Shown: positions 17,134 through 26,791, counted from the stretch's first letter. The stretch is DNA of 64,000 bases from an uncultured Verrucomicrobiota bacterium (GCA_964589935.1 CAZPVD010000008.1:48596-112595); one strand, 5' to 3'. The notes: a model not told the origin generated them from the letters alone. A program made the numbers and translations.

Positions 17134-20115
17134 ATGAACCGGCCCAGCACGGAATCGCTCGTTCGGCAAATCGCGGGCATCGCCTCGCCGAAGGAGCGCG
17201 CCGCCTTCATCGAGCGAGCCTGCGCGGGTGACGATGAGCTGCGCGAGCGAGTCATGTCGCAGCTTGATGCCGTTGAGCGGACGAGAAGTTCTCCCGTGGA
17301 TGCCGCGCCGGCAAAGGCCGAGGTTTATTTTCCTCCCATCAATCGCGGTGCAGAAGCGGTCACGACCGAACAGCGCGGCGACACGATTGGCCGATACCGA
17401 TTGATCCAAGAAATCGGCGAGGGCGGTTGCGGCACGGTGTTCCTCGCTGAACAGGAGGAGCCGGTCCGACGCCAGGTCGCGCTCAAGGTCATCAAGCTCG
17501 GCATGGACACGCGGCAAGTGGTGGCGCGCTTTGAAGTCGAGCGTCAGGCGCTGGCGATGATGGATCATCCGAACATCGCGCGGGTGCTGGATGCCGGGGC
17601 CACCGACACGGGGCGTCCGTTCTTCGTCATGGAGTTGGTCCGCGGAATCAACATCACCGAGTTCTGCGATCAAAACCGCCTGAAGCAGAGCGAGCGCATC
17701 GAGTTGTTCATCAAAGTTTGCCGGGCGATTCAACACGCGCACCAGAAGGGCGTCATCCATCGCGACATCAAGCCGTCGAACATTCTTGTGTCGCTGCACG
17801 ACGGCGTGGCGGTGCCCAAGGTGATTGACTTCGGCATTGCCAAGGCGATGGACGAGAGCCTGCCCAGAAACACGCTGCTCACTCCGTATCAGGCGTTCAT
17901 CGGCACGCCGGCTTACGCAAGCCCGGAGCAGGCGGATGCCGCCGGACTGGACGTGGACACGCGCAGCGACATCTACAGTCTGGGCGCCGTGCTTTATGAG
18001 TTGCTGACCGGATACCAGCCCTTCGATCAGGACAAATTTGTGGAGACTGGCCTCGTCGGTGTGCGCCGCGTCATTTGCGAAACGGATCCGCTCCGGCCCT
18101 CGACCCGCCTGCGCAATCTTGACCGCGCGAAGCTCGCCGCCGTGGCTCGAACGCGACACGCCGAACCGGAGCGACTGCCCACGCAGATGCGCGGGGATTT
18201 GGATTGGATCGTGATGAAGTGTCTGGAGAAGGACCGGGCGCGGCGTTACGAAACCGCCAACGGCCTCGCGGCGGATCTCAGGCGATATTTGCAAAACGAA
18301 CCGGTGGTCGCGCGGCCACCGACCACCACCTACGTCCTGCAAAAGCTCATGCGTCGGCACCGGCTGGTTTTTGCCGCTGGCAGCGCCGTGGCCGCTTCGC
18401 TTGTGATCGGCCTGGCGACTTCCATGTCGCTTTATTTTCGCGAGCGGGCCGCGAAACACCAGCAGGAGCTTCTCCAGAAGGAGGCCGATGTGAACGCCAG
18501 GCGTGCCGGAATCAATGCCGAGAAGGCGCGCAGTGAGGCAGCGAAAAGCCGCGAGGTTTCGCTGTTCATGAAGGAAATGATCGAGAGCGTCGGGCCGGTG
18601 GCCATGGCCAGCGAATCCACGGCGTGGCGGCAGATCGTGGACAAGGCCGCCGAGCGCATCGGCACGGACGAACTTCATCCGGCGGTTGAATGGGAACTGC
18701 GGACCACGCTCGGCGAGGTCTACTCCAGCCTCGGACAGCGTCGGCGCGCCATTGACATGCACCGCGAGGCGCTGCGGCTGGCGCGCCGACACGCGGAACT
18801 CGCGCCGTTCAAGGTGATTGATTCGCTCGTCAATCTCGGCTGGCACCTGAGCCAGGGCGGGCAGGCGCAGGCCGCCGACCCGCTGTTGCGCGAAGCGGTC
18901 CAGCTCGGCGCGCAAAGTTATCCCCAAAGCCACCCGCGGCTTACGTGGATCAAGGGCCGCCTCGGGTGGAACCTGATGTCCCTGCGGCAGATGGACGAAG
19001 CGGAAGCCGTGTGCCGCGAGGCGCTGGAGAAGGCGCGCCAATACTGGAAAAGCCCCGGCGCCTCACGTGACGAACTGCCCGCCAGCCTTTCCTCGTTCGC
19101 CACCGCACAGGCTTACGTCATGCAACTCCGCGGCAGAACGGCCGAAGCAGAGGCGCTCTTCCGGGAGGCGCTCGACGCCGCCCGGCGCGACAAGGGCGAC
19201 GACCATCCCGACCTTCGCGCATGGATGCACAACCTCGCCTCGTTCCTGCTCGCCAACGGCAAGCGCGACGAGGCCGAAATCCTTTTTCGCAGCGCGTGGG
19301 ACATCGCCCAACGCCACACTCCAAATCATCCCGGCCAAATCTCCGGCGCGGGCAGCCTCGCCATGATGCTGCGCGAACGCGGCGACGACGCCGAGGCGGA
19401 TGAAATCATCTCGCGCCTGATCGCCACAGCGAAGTCGCTTGCCGAGCGTGACCGTTTTGTCTGGGCCAACGGCCTCGCCTCACTCGGCATGACGGCCGCG
19501 TGGCGCGATTACTCGAAGGACGCCGTCCTGCTGCTCGAAAGCGCGTCCCAACTCGGCAGCGACAACGAGCAAATCCCGGCCTACCTGATGGCAGTTTCAT
19601 GGTCGAGGAAGGACGCGCCGGCGCTTCGCGCGGCGTTCACGGATTTCGTCTCCCGCCTCGGCAAACCCGGCCTCCCGGACCTCGCGTTGAGCGCGTGCGA
19701 GGCCCTCGCCATGTCACCCTCGGCCACGGGCGACGCACAGGCCCTCCGACGGCTGGCGGACGCGGCGCGCGCCTCGACCGAACCGGCTGGTTGGAGATTC
19801 GCCGCGCTGGCCCTCGCCGACTACCGGCTGGAACAGTTCGACACCGCCGCAGGAATGGCAGCGAAGGCGGCCGTCGAATCTGAACCGGGACCGCGCGCGG
19901 CCGGAAACTGCGTCCTCGCACTCTGCCGCCGGCGGGCCGGCCAGCACGCGGAAGCCCGCGCCTCGCTCGCCGCGGCCCGCGAAGTGATTTCAACATGGCC
20001 AAGCTCTGATGCCGTCGGGCCAAACACGCGCTGGCTCGACTTGTTCGTCAGCCGCGTCTTGTTGCAGGAGGCTGCTGCGGCAGTCGAGGATGCCGGTTCC
20101 GCAAAGGCCCACTGA
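17134..20115 (+). CDS. Hanks-type Ser/Thr protein kinase with TM helix and TPR region
   Basis: IGEGGCGTV, VALKVIK, HRDIKPSN, KVIDFG, GTPAYASPEQ; TM near LVFAAGSAVAASLVIGL; C-terminal TPR-like repeats. Confidence 0.93.
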   Translation: MNRPSTESLVRQIAGIASPKERAAFIERACAGDDELRERVMSQLDAVERTRSSPVDAAPAKAEVYFPPINRGAEAVTTEQRGDTIGRYRLIQEIGEGGCGTVFLAEQEEPVRRQVALKVIKLGMDTRQVVARFEVERQALAMMDHPNIARVLDAGATDTGRPFFVMELVRGINITEFCDQNRLKQSERIELFIKVCRAIQHAHQKGVIHRDIKPSNILVSLHDGVAVPKVIDFGIAKAMDESLPRNTLLTPYQAFIGTPAYASPEQADAAGLDVDTRSDIYSLGAVLYELLTGYQPFDQDKFVETGLVGVRRVICETDPLRPSTRLRNLDRAKLAAVARTRHAEPERLPTQMRGDLDWIVMKCLEKDRARRYETANGLAADLRRYLQNEPVVARPPTTTYVLQKLMRRHRLVFAAGSAVAASLVIGLATSMSLYFRERAAKHQQELLQKEADVNARRAGINAEKARSEAAKSREVSLFMKEMIESVGPVAMASESTAWRQIVDKAAERIGTDELHPAVEWELRTTLGEVYSSLGQRRRAIDMHREALRLARRHAELAPFKVIDSLVNLGWHLSQGGQAQAADPLLREAVQLGAQSYPQSHPRLTWIKGRLGWNLMSLRQMDEAEAVCREALEKARQYWKSPGASRDELPASLSSFATAQAYVMQLRGRTAEAEALFREALDAARRDKGDDHPDLRAWMHNLASFLLANGKRDEAEILFRSAWDIAQRHTPNHPGQISGAGSLAMMLRERGDDAEADEIISRLIATAKSLAERDRFVWANGLASLGMTAAWRDYSKDAVLLLESASQLGSDNEQIPAYLMAVSWSRKDAPALRAAFTDFVSRLGKPGLPDLALSACEALAMSPSATGDAQALRRLADAARASTEPAGWRFAALALADYRLEQFDTAAGMAAKAAVESEPGPRAAGNCVLALCRRRAGQHAEARASLAAAREVISTWPSSDAVGPNTRWLDLFVSRVLLQEAAAAVEDAGSAKAH

Positions 20116-20144
20116 AGCGAAACGCACCCCCTTGCTGTCGCCGC

Positions 20145-20624
20145 TTAAAGTTCGAGCGCGTAGGCTTGGTCACAACGGCCGGGGAAGTGGTCGCACGGAA
20201 TCGGCTTGAAGCCGGCTCGCTCGTAAAGCCGGACCGCCTCCTTCAACACGTTTGCTGTGCCGAGCGTCACGCGCCGGAAGCCCAGTTCGCGCGCGCCGGC
20301 CACGGCAGTTTCGAGCAACTTACGGCCCAAGCCACGTCCACGGACGGTCTGCGCAAGATACATCTTTCGCATCTCGCAGTCGCCGCTGGCTTCTGGGTGC
20401 AGCCCGACGGAGCCGATGATTTCGCCCGCGCCATTTTGCACGACCCAAAACGCGCCGCCGGTTTTGAAATAGTTCGCCTCGATGTCGGCGAGGTCGGAAT
20501 CCGTCGCGTGCGGCTCTGGCGTGAGGCCGTATTCGCGCAGCACGCCGAACACGAGCGCCTGCACCGCGGCGCAATCCGCATTCGTCGCGGCGCGGACGGT
20601 GAATTCGCCGAAGGTCTCGCTCAT
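20145..20624 (-). CDS. GNAT-family N-acetyltransferase
   Basis: EMRKMYL..VRGRGLGRKLL acetyl-CoA motif, AVRLYERAGF. Confidence 0.88.
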   Translation of the reverse strand: MSETFGEFTVRAATNADCAAVQALVFGVLREYGLTPEPHATDSDLADIEANYFKTGGAFWVVQNGAGEIIGSVGLHPEASGDCEMRKMYLAQTVRGRGLGRKLLETAVAGARELGFRRVTLGTANVLKEAVRLYERAGFKPIPCDHFPGRCDQAYALEL

Positions 20625-20625
20625 T

Positions 20626-21198
20626 TCAAAACCACTTCGGTTCAACGGGCGCAGGCTGGTGATTCGCCAGCCACTCGATGACTTCATGCGGATGGGCGGC
20701 GATGTGATAAAGGTTCGTGTTGTCGGGCTTCTTGAAGCGCAGTTCCACGAGCCGGCGGAACATCTCGATCAACGGATCATAGAAGCCGTCGGTGTTCAGG
20801 AACGCCACGGGCTTGGCGTGCTGCTGAAGCTGCTTGAGCGTCAGGATTTCGAGGATTTCCTCAAGCGTGCCCCAGCCGCCGGGCAGCGCGATAAACGCAT
20901 CCGCGCGCGCTTCCATCACGGCTTTCCGCTCGCGCATCGTTTCGACGACGATGAGTTCATCCGCCGCGCGATAGGCAAGCTCCTTGTCCACCATGAAGCG
21001 CGGGATGACGCCGACGACCTTGCCGCCGTGGCGATGAACAGCGTTTGCCATCGCGCCCATGAGGCCGACGTTGCCGCCGCCATAGACGAGCGTGATCCCG
21101 CGCTGCGCGAGCAACGCGCCGAGTTCCGCGGCGACATCAAAATAACGGCGGTCAATGGCGCTGCTCGACGCGCTGTAGACACAAATAGCCCGGTGCAT
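20626..21198 (-). CDS. LOG-family protein (TIGR00730, nucleotide phosphoribohydrolase)
   Basis: ICVYSASS, LVYGGGNVGLMG, MRERKAVM, ALPGGWGTLEE (PGGxGTxxE). Confidence 0.92.
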   Translation of the reverse strand: MHRAICVYSASSSAIDRRYFDVAAELGALLAQRGITLVYGGGNVGLMGAMANAVHRHGGKVVGVIPRFMVDKELAYRAADELIVVETMRERKAVMEARADAFIALPGGWGTLEEILEILTLKQLQQHAKPVAFLNTDGFYDPLIEMFRRLVELRFKKPDNTNLYHIAAHPHEVIEWLANHQPAPVEPKWF

Positions 21199-21251
21199 GG
21201 CGGAACGATTGTCGGAACATGCGGCGCAGGCAAGAACACTTGCGGCACGAT

Positions 21252-21479
21252 TCACAACGTCCGCCACCTACCCGACGTGCGAAGTTTCGCAAGCGAGGCG
21301 TCTTTGGCAAAAAATCGGGTCAGCCCGCAGTCGCCGCAGACGATGATGTCCACGTCTGTTCCACCAAACCAGCGCCACAAACCCGGCCACAGCGCGGCCG
21401 CGTGCCCAAGCATCGGGGACTTGGAGATGTAGAGTGAATCACGTCCGCACTCGGGACATTTATGTGAAGCGTCGTTCAT
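21252..21479 (-). CDS. Small Zn-ribbon-like protein
   Basis: 75 aa with CPECG and CGDCG knuckles. Confidence 0.6.
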   Translation of the reverse strand: MNDASHKCPECGRDSLYISKSPMLGHAAALWPGLWRWFGGTDVDIIVCGDCGLTRFFAKDASLAKLRTSGRWRTL

Positions 21480-21497
21480 AACTTTCGGGAAGTTTCA

Positions 21498-21530
21498 GCG
21501 GGCGCGGCGGCGCGAGGCCACCGCGCCCGC
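21498..21530 (-). terminator. GC-rich stem-loop downstream of the SPFH gene
   Basis: GCGGGCGCGG (21498-21507) / CCGCGCCCGC (21521-21530); U-tract poor. Confidence 0.4.
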
Positions 21531-21550
21531 CTCATTGGTGTTGATCGGTT

Positions 21551-22885
21551 TTACTTCACCAAGTTCGTTCCAGGCGCAGGCACCTGCACGAGCAGGTTTG
21601 GAGCGCCGTTGCCCATGAACCACGTCGGGTAGCGGCCGTCCCACTTCTCGACACGCGACTTCTCGACTTCGAGCTGCTTCAACTGGAGCAGCAGCGGATT
21701 GGCCTGCGCTTCCTGCGAAGCGCGGTTCACTTCGCGGATCGCCTCGGCCTCGGCAAATGCGGCGGTCTTGCGCGCATCGGCCTGGCCTTGTGCCTCGCGG
21801 CGGGCTTTTTCCGCAGTCGCGTTGGCTTCGAGTTCAATACGCTCGTTCTCTTTTTTCTGCGCTTCGAACTTCGCCTCGGAGACGACCTTGAGTTGCTGCG
21901 CAATGAACGTCTCGTCAATCGCCTTCTGGATTGCCGGGTTCTCGTAGGTCATGCCTCCGAACATGCCGACGGTCGTAATGCTCACGCCGCGCGTAGTGAA
22001 GAAGTTTGTCACGTCGGCCTTCACAGAATCGGCGATTTCCTGTTTCTTCGACCGCAACGCGTCGAGCGCATATTTCGCGGCGACCTCGGCGGCGGATTGT
22101 TGGATGCGCCCGCGCACCTCGTGATCCATCACGTCGGCAAGCGAGCCGCTCGGATACCAGTAGAGGAACTTCGCCGCGTCGTCCTCCGCGATGAAGGCCG
22201 TGCAGGTGAATCCCATGCTGAAGCCGACGCTATCCGCACTCTCGATCCAGATGGCCTTGTCGGCGCGCTTGAGTTGGGCGTGGGCTGCGGGCATTTCAGC
22301 GGTCGTCCATTCGCGCGTGACGGGCGAGCGGTTCACTTTCACAAGGCGCACGGTCGAGATCCAGCGGCCGTCACTTCCAAGTCGGCCTTCCTGAGACCAG
22401 CGGTGCGTGATCTGCACCCGTTTGGCAGCGACCTTGCGCTGCTTCAGGTAGTCCTCGCTCTGGAAGCGCGCCTGTTGCGTCGTGTCGCCTTCGAGCGGAA
22501 TGAGGAAGCCCGTCTCCGACGTGTCAATCTCGACATACTCCGGCCGGTCGAAAGGCTTCATGCAGCCCGCAAAGGCCAGCGGCGTGAGCACGAGCAGGAA
22601 GAGTGCGGCACCGCGCGCAAAACGATCGCGCAATTTCGCGAACCCAGCCTGCGCCCACGCGCCAAAGCACAGCCACGAGGCCGCGAGCATCAGCACGGCG
22701 GTGATGATGTGCGCCGTGTCCTTGAACGTGTCGAACGCGCGCAGCGCCTGCGCGGCGGCGTCCCCGTTGTTGAATTGATTTAACGCAAGCTCGCGTGCCA
22801 ATGCGGCTTGATGTGTGTTCAACCAACTGTTTTCCACAGTCCACAAGGCGGCGATGGCCGTCACAAACAACACAATGCGTTTCAT
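21551..22885 (-). CDS. SPFH/band-7-like membrane protein with extended N-terminal membrane region
   Basis: N-terminal hydrophobic segments, internal lipobox-like FAGC, SPFH-like core (FFTTRGVSITTVGMF..YENPAIQKAID), coiled-coil tail and KWDGRYP end motif. Confidence 0.75.
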   Translation of the reverse strand: MKRIVLFVTAIAALWTVENSWLNTHQAALARELALNQFNNGDAAAQALRAFDTFKDTAHIITAVLMLAASWLCFGAWAQAGFAKLRDRFARGAALFLLVLTPLAFAGCMKPFDRPEYVEIDTSETGFLIPLEGDTTQQARFQSEDYLKQRKVAAKRVQITHRWSQEGRLGSDGRWISTVRLVKVNRSPVTREWTTAEMPAAHAQLKRADKAIWIESADSVGFSMGFTCTAFIAEDDAAKFLYWYPSGSLADVMDHEVRGRIQQSAAEVAAKYALDALRSKKQEIADSVKADVTNFFTTRGVSITTVGMFGGMTYENPAIQKAIDETFIAQQLKVVSEAKFEAQKKENERIELEANATAEKARREAQGQADARKTAAFAEAEAIREVNRASQEAQANPLLLQLKQLEVEKSRVEKWDGRYPTWFMGNGAPNLLVQVPAPGTNLVK

Positions 22886-23027
22886 AATTTGAGCTCAGCG
22901 TTGTGCGTCGCCGACTCACCGGGATATTCCTGGCAGAAACGCCAGATACAGCACGGCACGAGCGCGCGACGCGATTGTTTGCTACTGGGGATCATGGGCC
23001 ACGGCACACGCCGGGCTAGAGGATCGC

Positions 23028-23167
23028 CCTTCCAAATGCCTGCGAGGTTAGCTGACGGGCTTGGCCTTGAAAGTGGCCTTGGCGGCGGTTGTGACCCCGC
23101 GCGCCGTTCGCCCCGGCCGGAGTTTCCACTCCGGCATCTGGTTCCCCCGCGTCGTTCCGCAGGAAGG
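23028..23167 (-). ncRNA. c-di-AMP riboswitch (ydaO/yuaA class)
   Basis: Minus strand: CCUUCC-UGCGGAAC..GCGGGGGAACCA-[perfect hairpin GCCGGAGU-GGAA-ACUCCGGC]-CGGGGCGAAC..AAGCCCGUCAGCUAACCUCGCAGGCA..GGAAGG; matches ydaO landmarks GGGGGA(A/C)CCA, GGGGYGAA and CCGUCAGCUAACCUCG in the correct order, with closing CCUUCC/GGAAGG pairing. Confidence 0.88.
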
Positions 23168-23282
23168 CGGTCCGACTTCGGCTGCAACTTCAGACGCGCG
23201 ACAAATCGCACATTCCGCGGCCTTGTCAAGTGGAACTGGGACAGCCTTGCAAAACTCCCTGTGACAAAGGAACTTTCCCCGC

Positions 23283-26075
23283 CTACACCGCGTCAAGGCT
23301 GAGGATCGCTGTGCGCAGACGAGCCTCAATGGCGCGCTGGCGTTCGGGCGCGTTGATCTTTCGCCCGTCCACTTCGGTGACGTAAAAGGTGTCCTCAGCC
23401 GCGCCTTTTTCCGTGTTGATTTTCGCGATGGAAATGTCGAGGCCAAGCTCGCTCAACGCCTGCGAGATCACGAAGAGCAACCCAACGCGGTCCTCGGTCT
23501 CGATGTCAATGACGGTCCGCGTCTCGGAAACCTCGTTGTCGAAGCTGACGCGCGTGGGCATGCGGTCACCTTCGAGGGACTGATAGAGCGGCGCGGCGTG
23601 TTTTTGTTTGGCGATGAGCGCGTGAAAATCCACATGGCCGGTGAGTGTCTTGGCGAGCAATGATTCAAATTTCTCGCGGGCTTCGCGCGACGCCAGCGTG
23701 CCCGCGAGCGCGTTGGTCACGTGAAATGTGTCCAGGATGATGCCGTCGGCGCGCGTGAAAATCTGCGCGCTGAGGATATTCAGCCCGGCTGCCGTGAACG
23801 AGCCGGCGACCTTGCCGAACAGTCCCGCGCGGTCGAACGTGCAAATCTTTGCCATCGTGCAACTGCGGTCCGCATCGTCGTGCCAGTGGACGACCGGTTC
23901 GAGCGCGTGTTCCTCGTCGAGAAGCTGCCGCGACATGAAGTCGTGCGCGAGCTTCACGTCGGTCGCGATCTCGGCGGCGTTGTGAATCTGGAAGTAGCGG
24001 CCCGGCAGGTTCTCAAAGTGCGCCGCGGTTTCCTCGGCGGTGATGGGCTTTGTGACAAGTTTGACTACTTCCTCGGCCAGCAGTTGCCGCTGGCGCGCCT
24101 CGGCTCGGATGAACTCGGTGCCTCCGGCGAGCACTTCACGCGCGCGGTGGTGAAGCGTGAGAAGCAGGGTGTCCTTGAAGCCGTTCCACAATTTGTCACT
24201 CGTGCCGAGCGAATCAGCGAGCGTGTGGAGCGTGAGCATCGCCAGCGTCTCCCGCGTCTGCACGAGCTTGGCGAAGTTGCGGACCACGGCCGGGTCGTCG
24301 AGATCGCGCCGCTGCGAAATCTGCGCCATCGCAAGGTGATGCTCGACCAGCAGTCCGAGCGTGTGGGCGGTGATGCCGTCCAGCCCCATTCGCCGCGCGA
24401 TGCGTTGCGCAAGGTGCGCGCCGGCCTCGGAATGATCGCTGTGCTCGCCCGCCTTGCCCGCGTCGTGCAACAGCAGCGCGAGGTAGAGAACCTCGGTGTG
24501 CTCAACTTCCCGGAAGATTTCCGCGTAGGCGTTGAACGGCGGCTGCGCGGCGTGCCAGAGCTGGTCGAGCTTCTCCAAGCAAACGAGCGTGTGCTCGTCG
24601 GCGGTGTATTGATGATAAAACTCGTGCTGCACGAGGCAGGTGAGCTTGCCAAACTCCGGGACGTAACGTCCCAAAAAACCCACCTCATGCATCATGCGGA
24701 GAATGCGCGAGACGTTCCCACGCTGGCGGAGAATCTCAAAGAACGTCACACGCACGTGCGGATTGCGGAGGAACTCGGCGTCCACAAGCGTTTGAAGATC
24801 GTGGCGGATGCGCGCGGCAAGGTCGGGGTGGAGATTCAGATTGCGCTGCTGGCAGTGGAGGAAAACACGCATCAGCCGCGCCGGATCGTCCTTGAACACG
24901 CGCGGCGAAACGGCCTCGATGACTCCCTCGGCGACGCGAAACCCGTCCACAACCTGCTCCCGAACCTTGCGCCGCCCCGTGAGGAGCAGTTCGCGGAAAC
25001 TGGGAAGACGCCGGGTTTGAGGCAGCAGCGCGAGGCGTTGTTCGACTGTGCGCGTGATGAGGTCAATGTTCCGCGTGTGCGCGTAGAAATCTCGCATGAA
25101 CCGCTCAAGACGGCGGCTTGGAGAACGATCCGTGTAGCCGAGGTTGTGCGCCACGTGAGGCTGGACGCTTTTCGTCAGCACGTCGGCGGCGCGGTTCGTG
25201 TGGTAATGCAGCTCGTTGCGCGCGCGCATCAGGTAGTCATAAGCCTCGGCAAGGTCCTGCGCCTCGCTCTTGCTGATGAGTTCCTTGGCTTCGAGATCGG
25301 CGAGCGAGCGCGTGCGGTATTTCACGAACGACATCCACAGCAGGTTCTGGTAATCACGCAGGCCGCCGCTGCCGTTCTTGATGTTCGGCTCCTGCATGAG
25401 CGGCGAGTTGCCGTGCTTCGTCCGGCGGGCGGCCTGGTCCGCGATGCGCGCGGCGATGTAATCATCCTCGAAGCCGCGGATGCACTTCGTCAACACCACG
25501 GCCTGCATCCGCTTGAAAAGTTCCGCGTCCCCGGTGATAAGCCGCGCCTCAATGAGCGAGGTCTTGGACTGCATGTCCTCATTCGCGGCTTTCATGCAAT
25601 CCTCGACCGTGCGCACGGACGAGCCGACCTTGAGGCCGATGTCGTAAAGCGTGTAGATCAAGCCGCCCGGCCCGGTGAGCGCGGCGAGTCGCGGATGAAG
25701 TTTGCCGCGCACCGCGGCGAGGCTGTCGCTGTCGTGCAACAGCATGATGTCAATGTCGCTGAACGGATTCAGTTCCCCGCGCCCATAACCGCCGATGGCG
25801 ATGAGCGCGATGCGCACGGGCGCGACACGCGGCGTGGCCGGTGCGCCCGCGATGACGGCGTCGAAGATGTTCCGCAGCACGGCGTCGAGCACTGCGGCGC
25901 GAGCGTGGCAGATGGCGAGGCCGCCCTGGCCCGAACGGTGAAGAAGTTTGAGCCGGTGGGTCTCGACCTTGAGGAATGTCTTGTAACGCTGCAGTTCCTG
26001 CGCGGGCTGGCGGCCCGGCGGAAGCGGCAGGCGCTTGGCGGCATTCGCTTCGATTCGTTCCCTGAGGTTCGGCAT
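23283..26075 (-). CDS. glnD: [Protein-PII] uridylyltransferase
   Basis: AIGGYGRGELNPFSDID NTase motif, EPNIKNGSGGLRD, HQYTADEH, LLHDAGK (HD), two C-terminal ACT domains (DRAGLF, DRVGLL). Confidence 0.95.
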   Translation of the reverse strand: MPNLRERIEANAAKRLPLPPGRQPAQELQRYKTFLKVETHRLKLLHRSGQGGLAICHARAAVLDAVLRNIFDAVIAGAPATPRVAPVRIALIAIGGYGRGELNPFSDIDIMLLHDSDSLAAVRGKLHPRLAALTGPGGLIYTLYDIGLKVGSSVRTVEDCMKAANEDMQSKTSLIEARLITGDAELFKRMQAVVLTKCIRGFEDDYIAARIADQAARRTKHGNSPLMQEPNIKNGSGGLRDYQNLLWMSFVKYRTRSLADLEAKELISKSEAQDLAEAYDYLMRARNELHYHTNRAADVLTKSVQPHVAHNLGYTDRSPSRRLERFMRDFYAHTRNIDLITRTVEQRLALLPQTRRLPSFRELLLTGRRKVREQVVDGFRVAEGVIEAVSPRVFKDDPARLMRVFLHCQQRNLNLHPDLAARIRHDLQTLVDAEFLRNPHVRVTFFEILRQRGNVSRILRMMHEVGFLGRYVPEFGKLTCLVQHEFYHQYTADEHTLVCLEKLDQLWHAAQPPFNAYAEIFREVEHTEVLYLALLLHDAGKAGEHSDHSEAGAHLAQRIARRMGLDGITAHTLGLLVEHHLAMAQISQRRDLDDPAVVRNFAKLVQTRETLAMLTLHTLADSLGTSDKLWNGFKDTLLLTLHHRAREVLAGGTEFIRAEARQRQLLAEEVVKLVTKPITAEETAAHFENLPGRYFQIHNAAEIATDVKLAHDFMSRQLLDEEHALEPVVHWHDDADRSCTMAKICTFDRAGLFGKVAGSFTAAGLNILSAQIFTRADGIILDTFHVTNALAGTLASREAREKFESLLAKTLTGHVDFHALIAKQKHAAPLYQSLEGDRMPTRVSFDNEVSETRTVIDIETEDRVGLLFVISQALSELGLDISIAKINTEKGAAEDTFYVTEVDGRKINAPERQRAIEARLRTAILSLDAV

Positions 26076-26145
26076 CGCGTCCGGCGACGATAGGGCACAC
26101 GTCAGTTTCAACGCAAGCGCGGGGCCGCGGCCGGCGCAATCCGGC

Positions 26146-26173
26146 TTGTTTGGCGGGGCTTCTCTGCTACGTT
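26146..26173 (+). promoter_or_regulatory. sigma70-type promoter, likely leaderless (TTGTTT-N16-TACGTT-N6-ATG)
   Basis: -35 at 26146-26151, -10 at 26168-26173, 6 nt before the ATG at 26180. Confidence 0.5.
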
Positions 26174-26179
26174 CCCGCC

Positions 26180-26791
26180 ATGTCTGCCGCGCCGCAAGAC
26201 CCCGATGCCGCGCTCATGCTGCGCGTCAAACGCGGCGACCGCGCGGCTTTTGAGGCGCTCGTCGAAAAATACAGGCAGCCCGTCACGAACATCATCTACC
26301 GCACGCTGCCGGACGCGGCCGAGGCCGAGGACCTCGCGCAGGGCGTCTTCATCCAGGTCTTCAAGTCGCGCGAGCGTTACGAAGTCTCGGCGCGCTTCAG
26401 CACGTGGCTTTTCACCATCGCGCGCAATCTCTGCCTGAACGAAATCCGCCGCCGTTCGCGGCATCCGGCCGACTCGCTCGACGCACCGCACCCTGACAAC
26501 GACGACCAGCCGCTGCGGCAGTTCGAGGATGCGAAGACTTTCTCGCCGCCCGACGCCGTGCTCCACGGCGAACTCGAGCAGAAGATCGCCGAGGCCCTCG
26601 CCGCCCTGCCCGAAACACAGCGCACGGCCATCCTGCTTTACCGCGAGGAGGACATGTCCTACGAGGAGATCGCGAAGATTCTCGGCTGCTCGCTTTCGGC
26701 GACAAAATCGCTCATCCACCGCGGCCGTGAAACACTCAAGGCGCGGCTCAAGCCCTACCTGCGGACCGGCGTCTGGACTGGAAGCGATTGA
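26180..26791 (+). CDS. ECF RNA polymerase sigma-70 factor (SigW-like)
   Basis: AFEALVEKYR, EDLAQGVFIQV, FSTWLFTIARNLCLN, SYEEIAKILGCSLSATKSLIHRGR. Confidence 0.92.
   Translation: MSAAPQDPDAALMLRVKRGDRAAFEALVEKYRQPVTNIIYRTLPDAAEAEDLAQGVFIQVFKSRERYEVSARFSTWLFTIARNLCLNEIRRRSRHPADSLDAPHPDNDDQPLRQFEDAKTFSPPDAVLHGELEQKIAEALAALPETQRTAILLYREEDMSYEEIAKILGCSLSATKSLIHRGRETLKARLKPYLRTGVWTGSD

Noticed and set aside
23028-23167. Alternative identity as a cobalamin or SAM-I riboswitch
   Set aside because: Lacks the B12-box and SAM-I cores; the CCGUCAGCUAACCUCG and GGGGGAACCA signatures are those of the ydaO class.
22882-23229. 115-aa ORF (and 23048..23446) upstream of the SPFH gene as a leader peptide
   Set aside because: No coding features; the region is better explained by the structured riboswitch.
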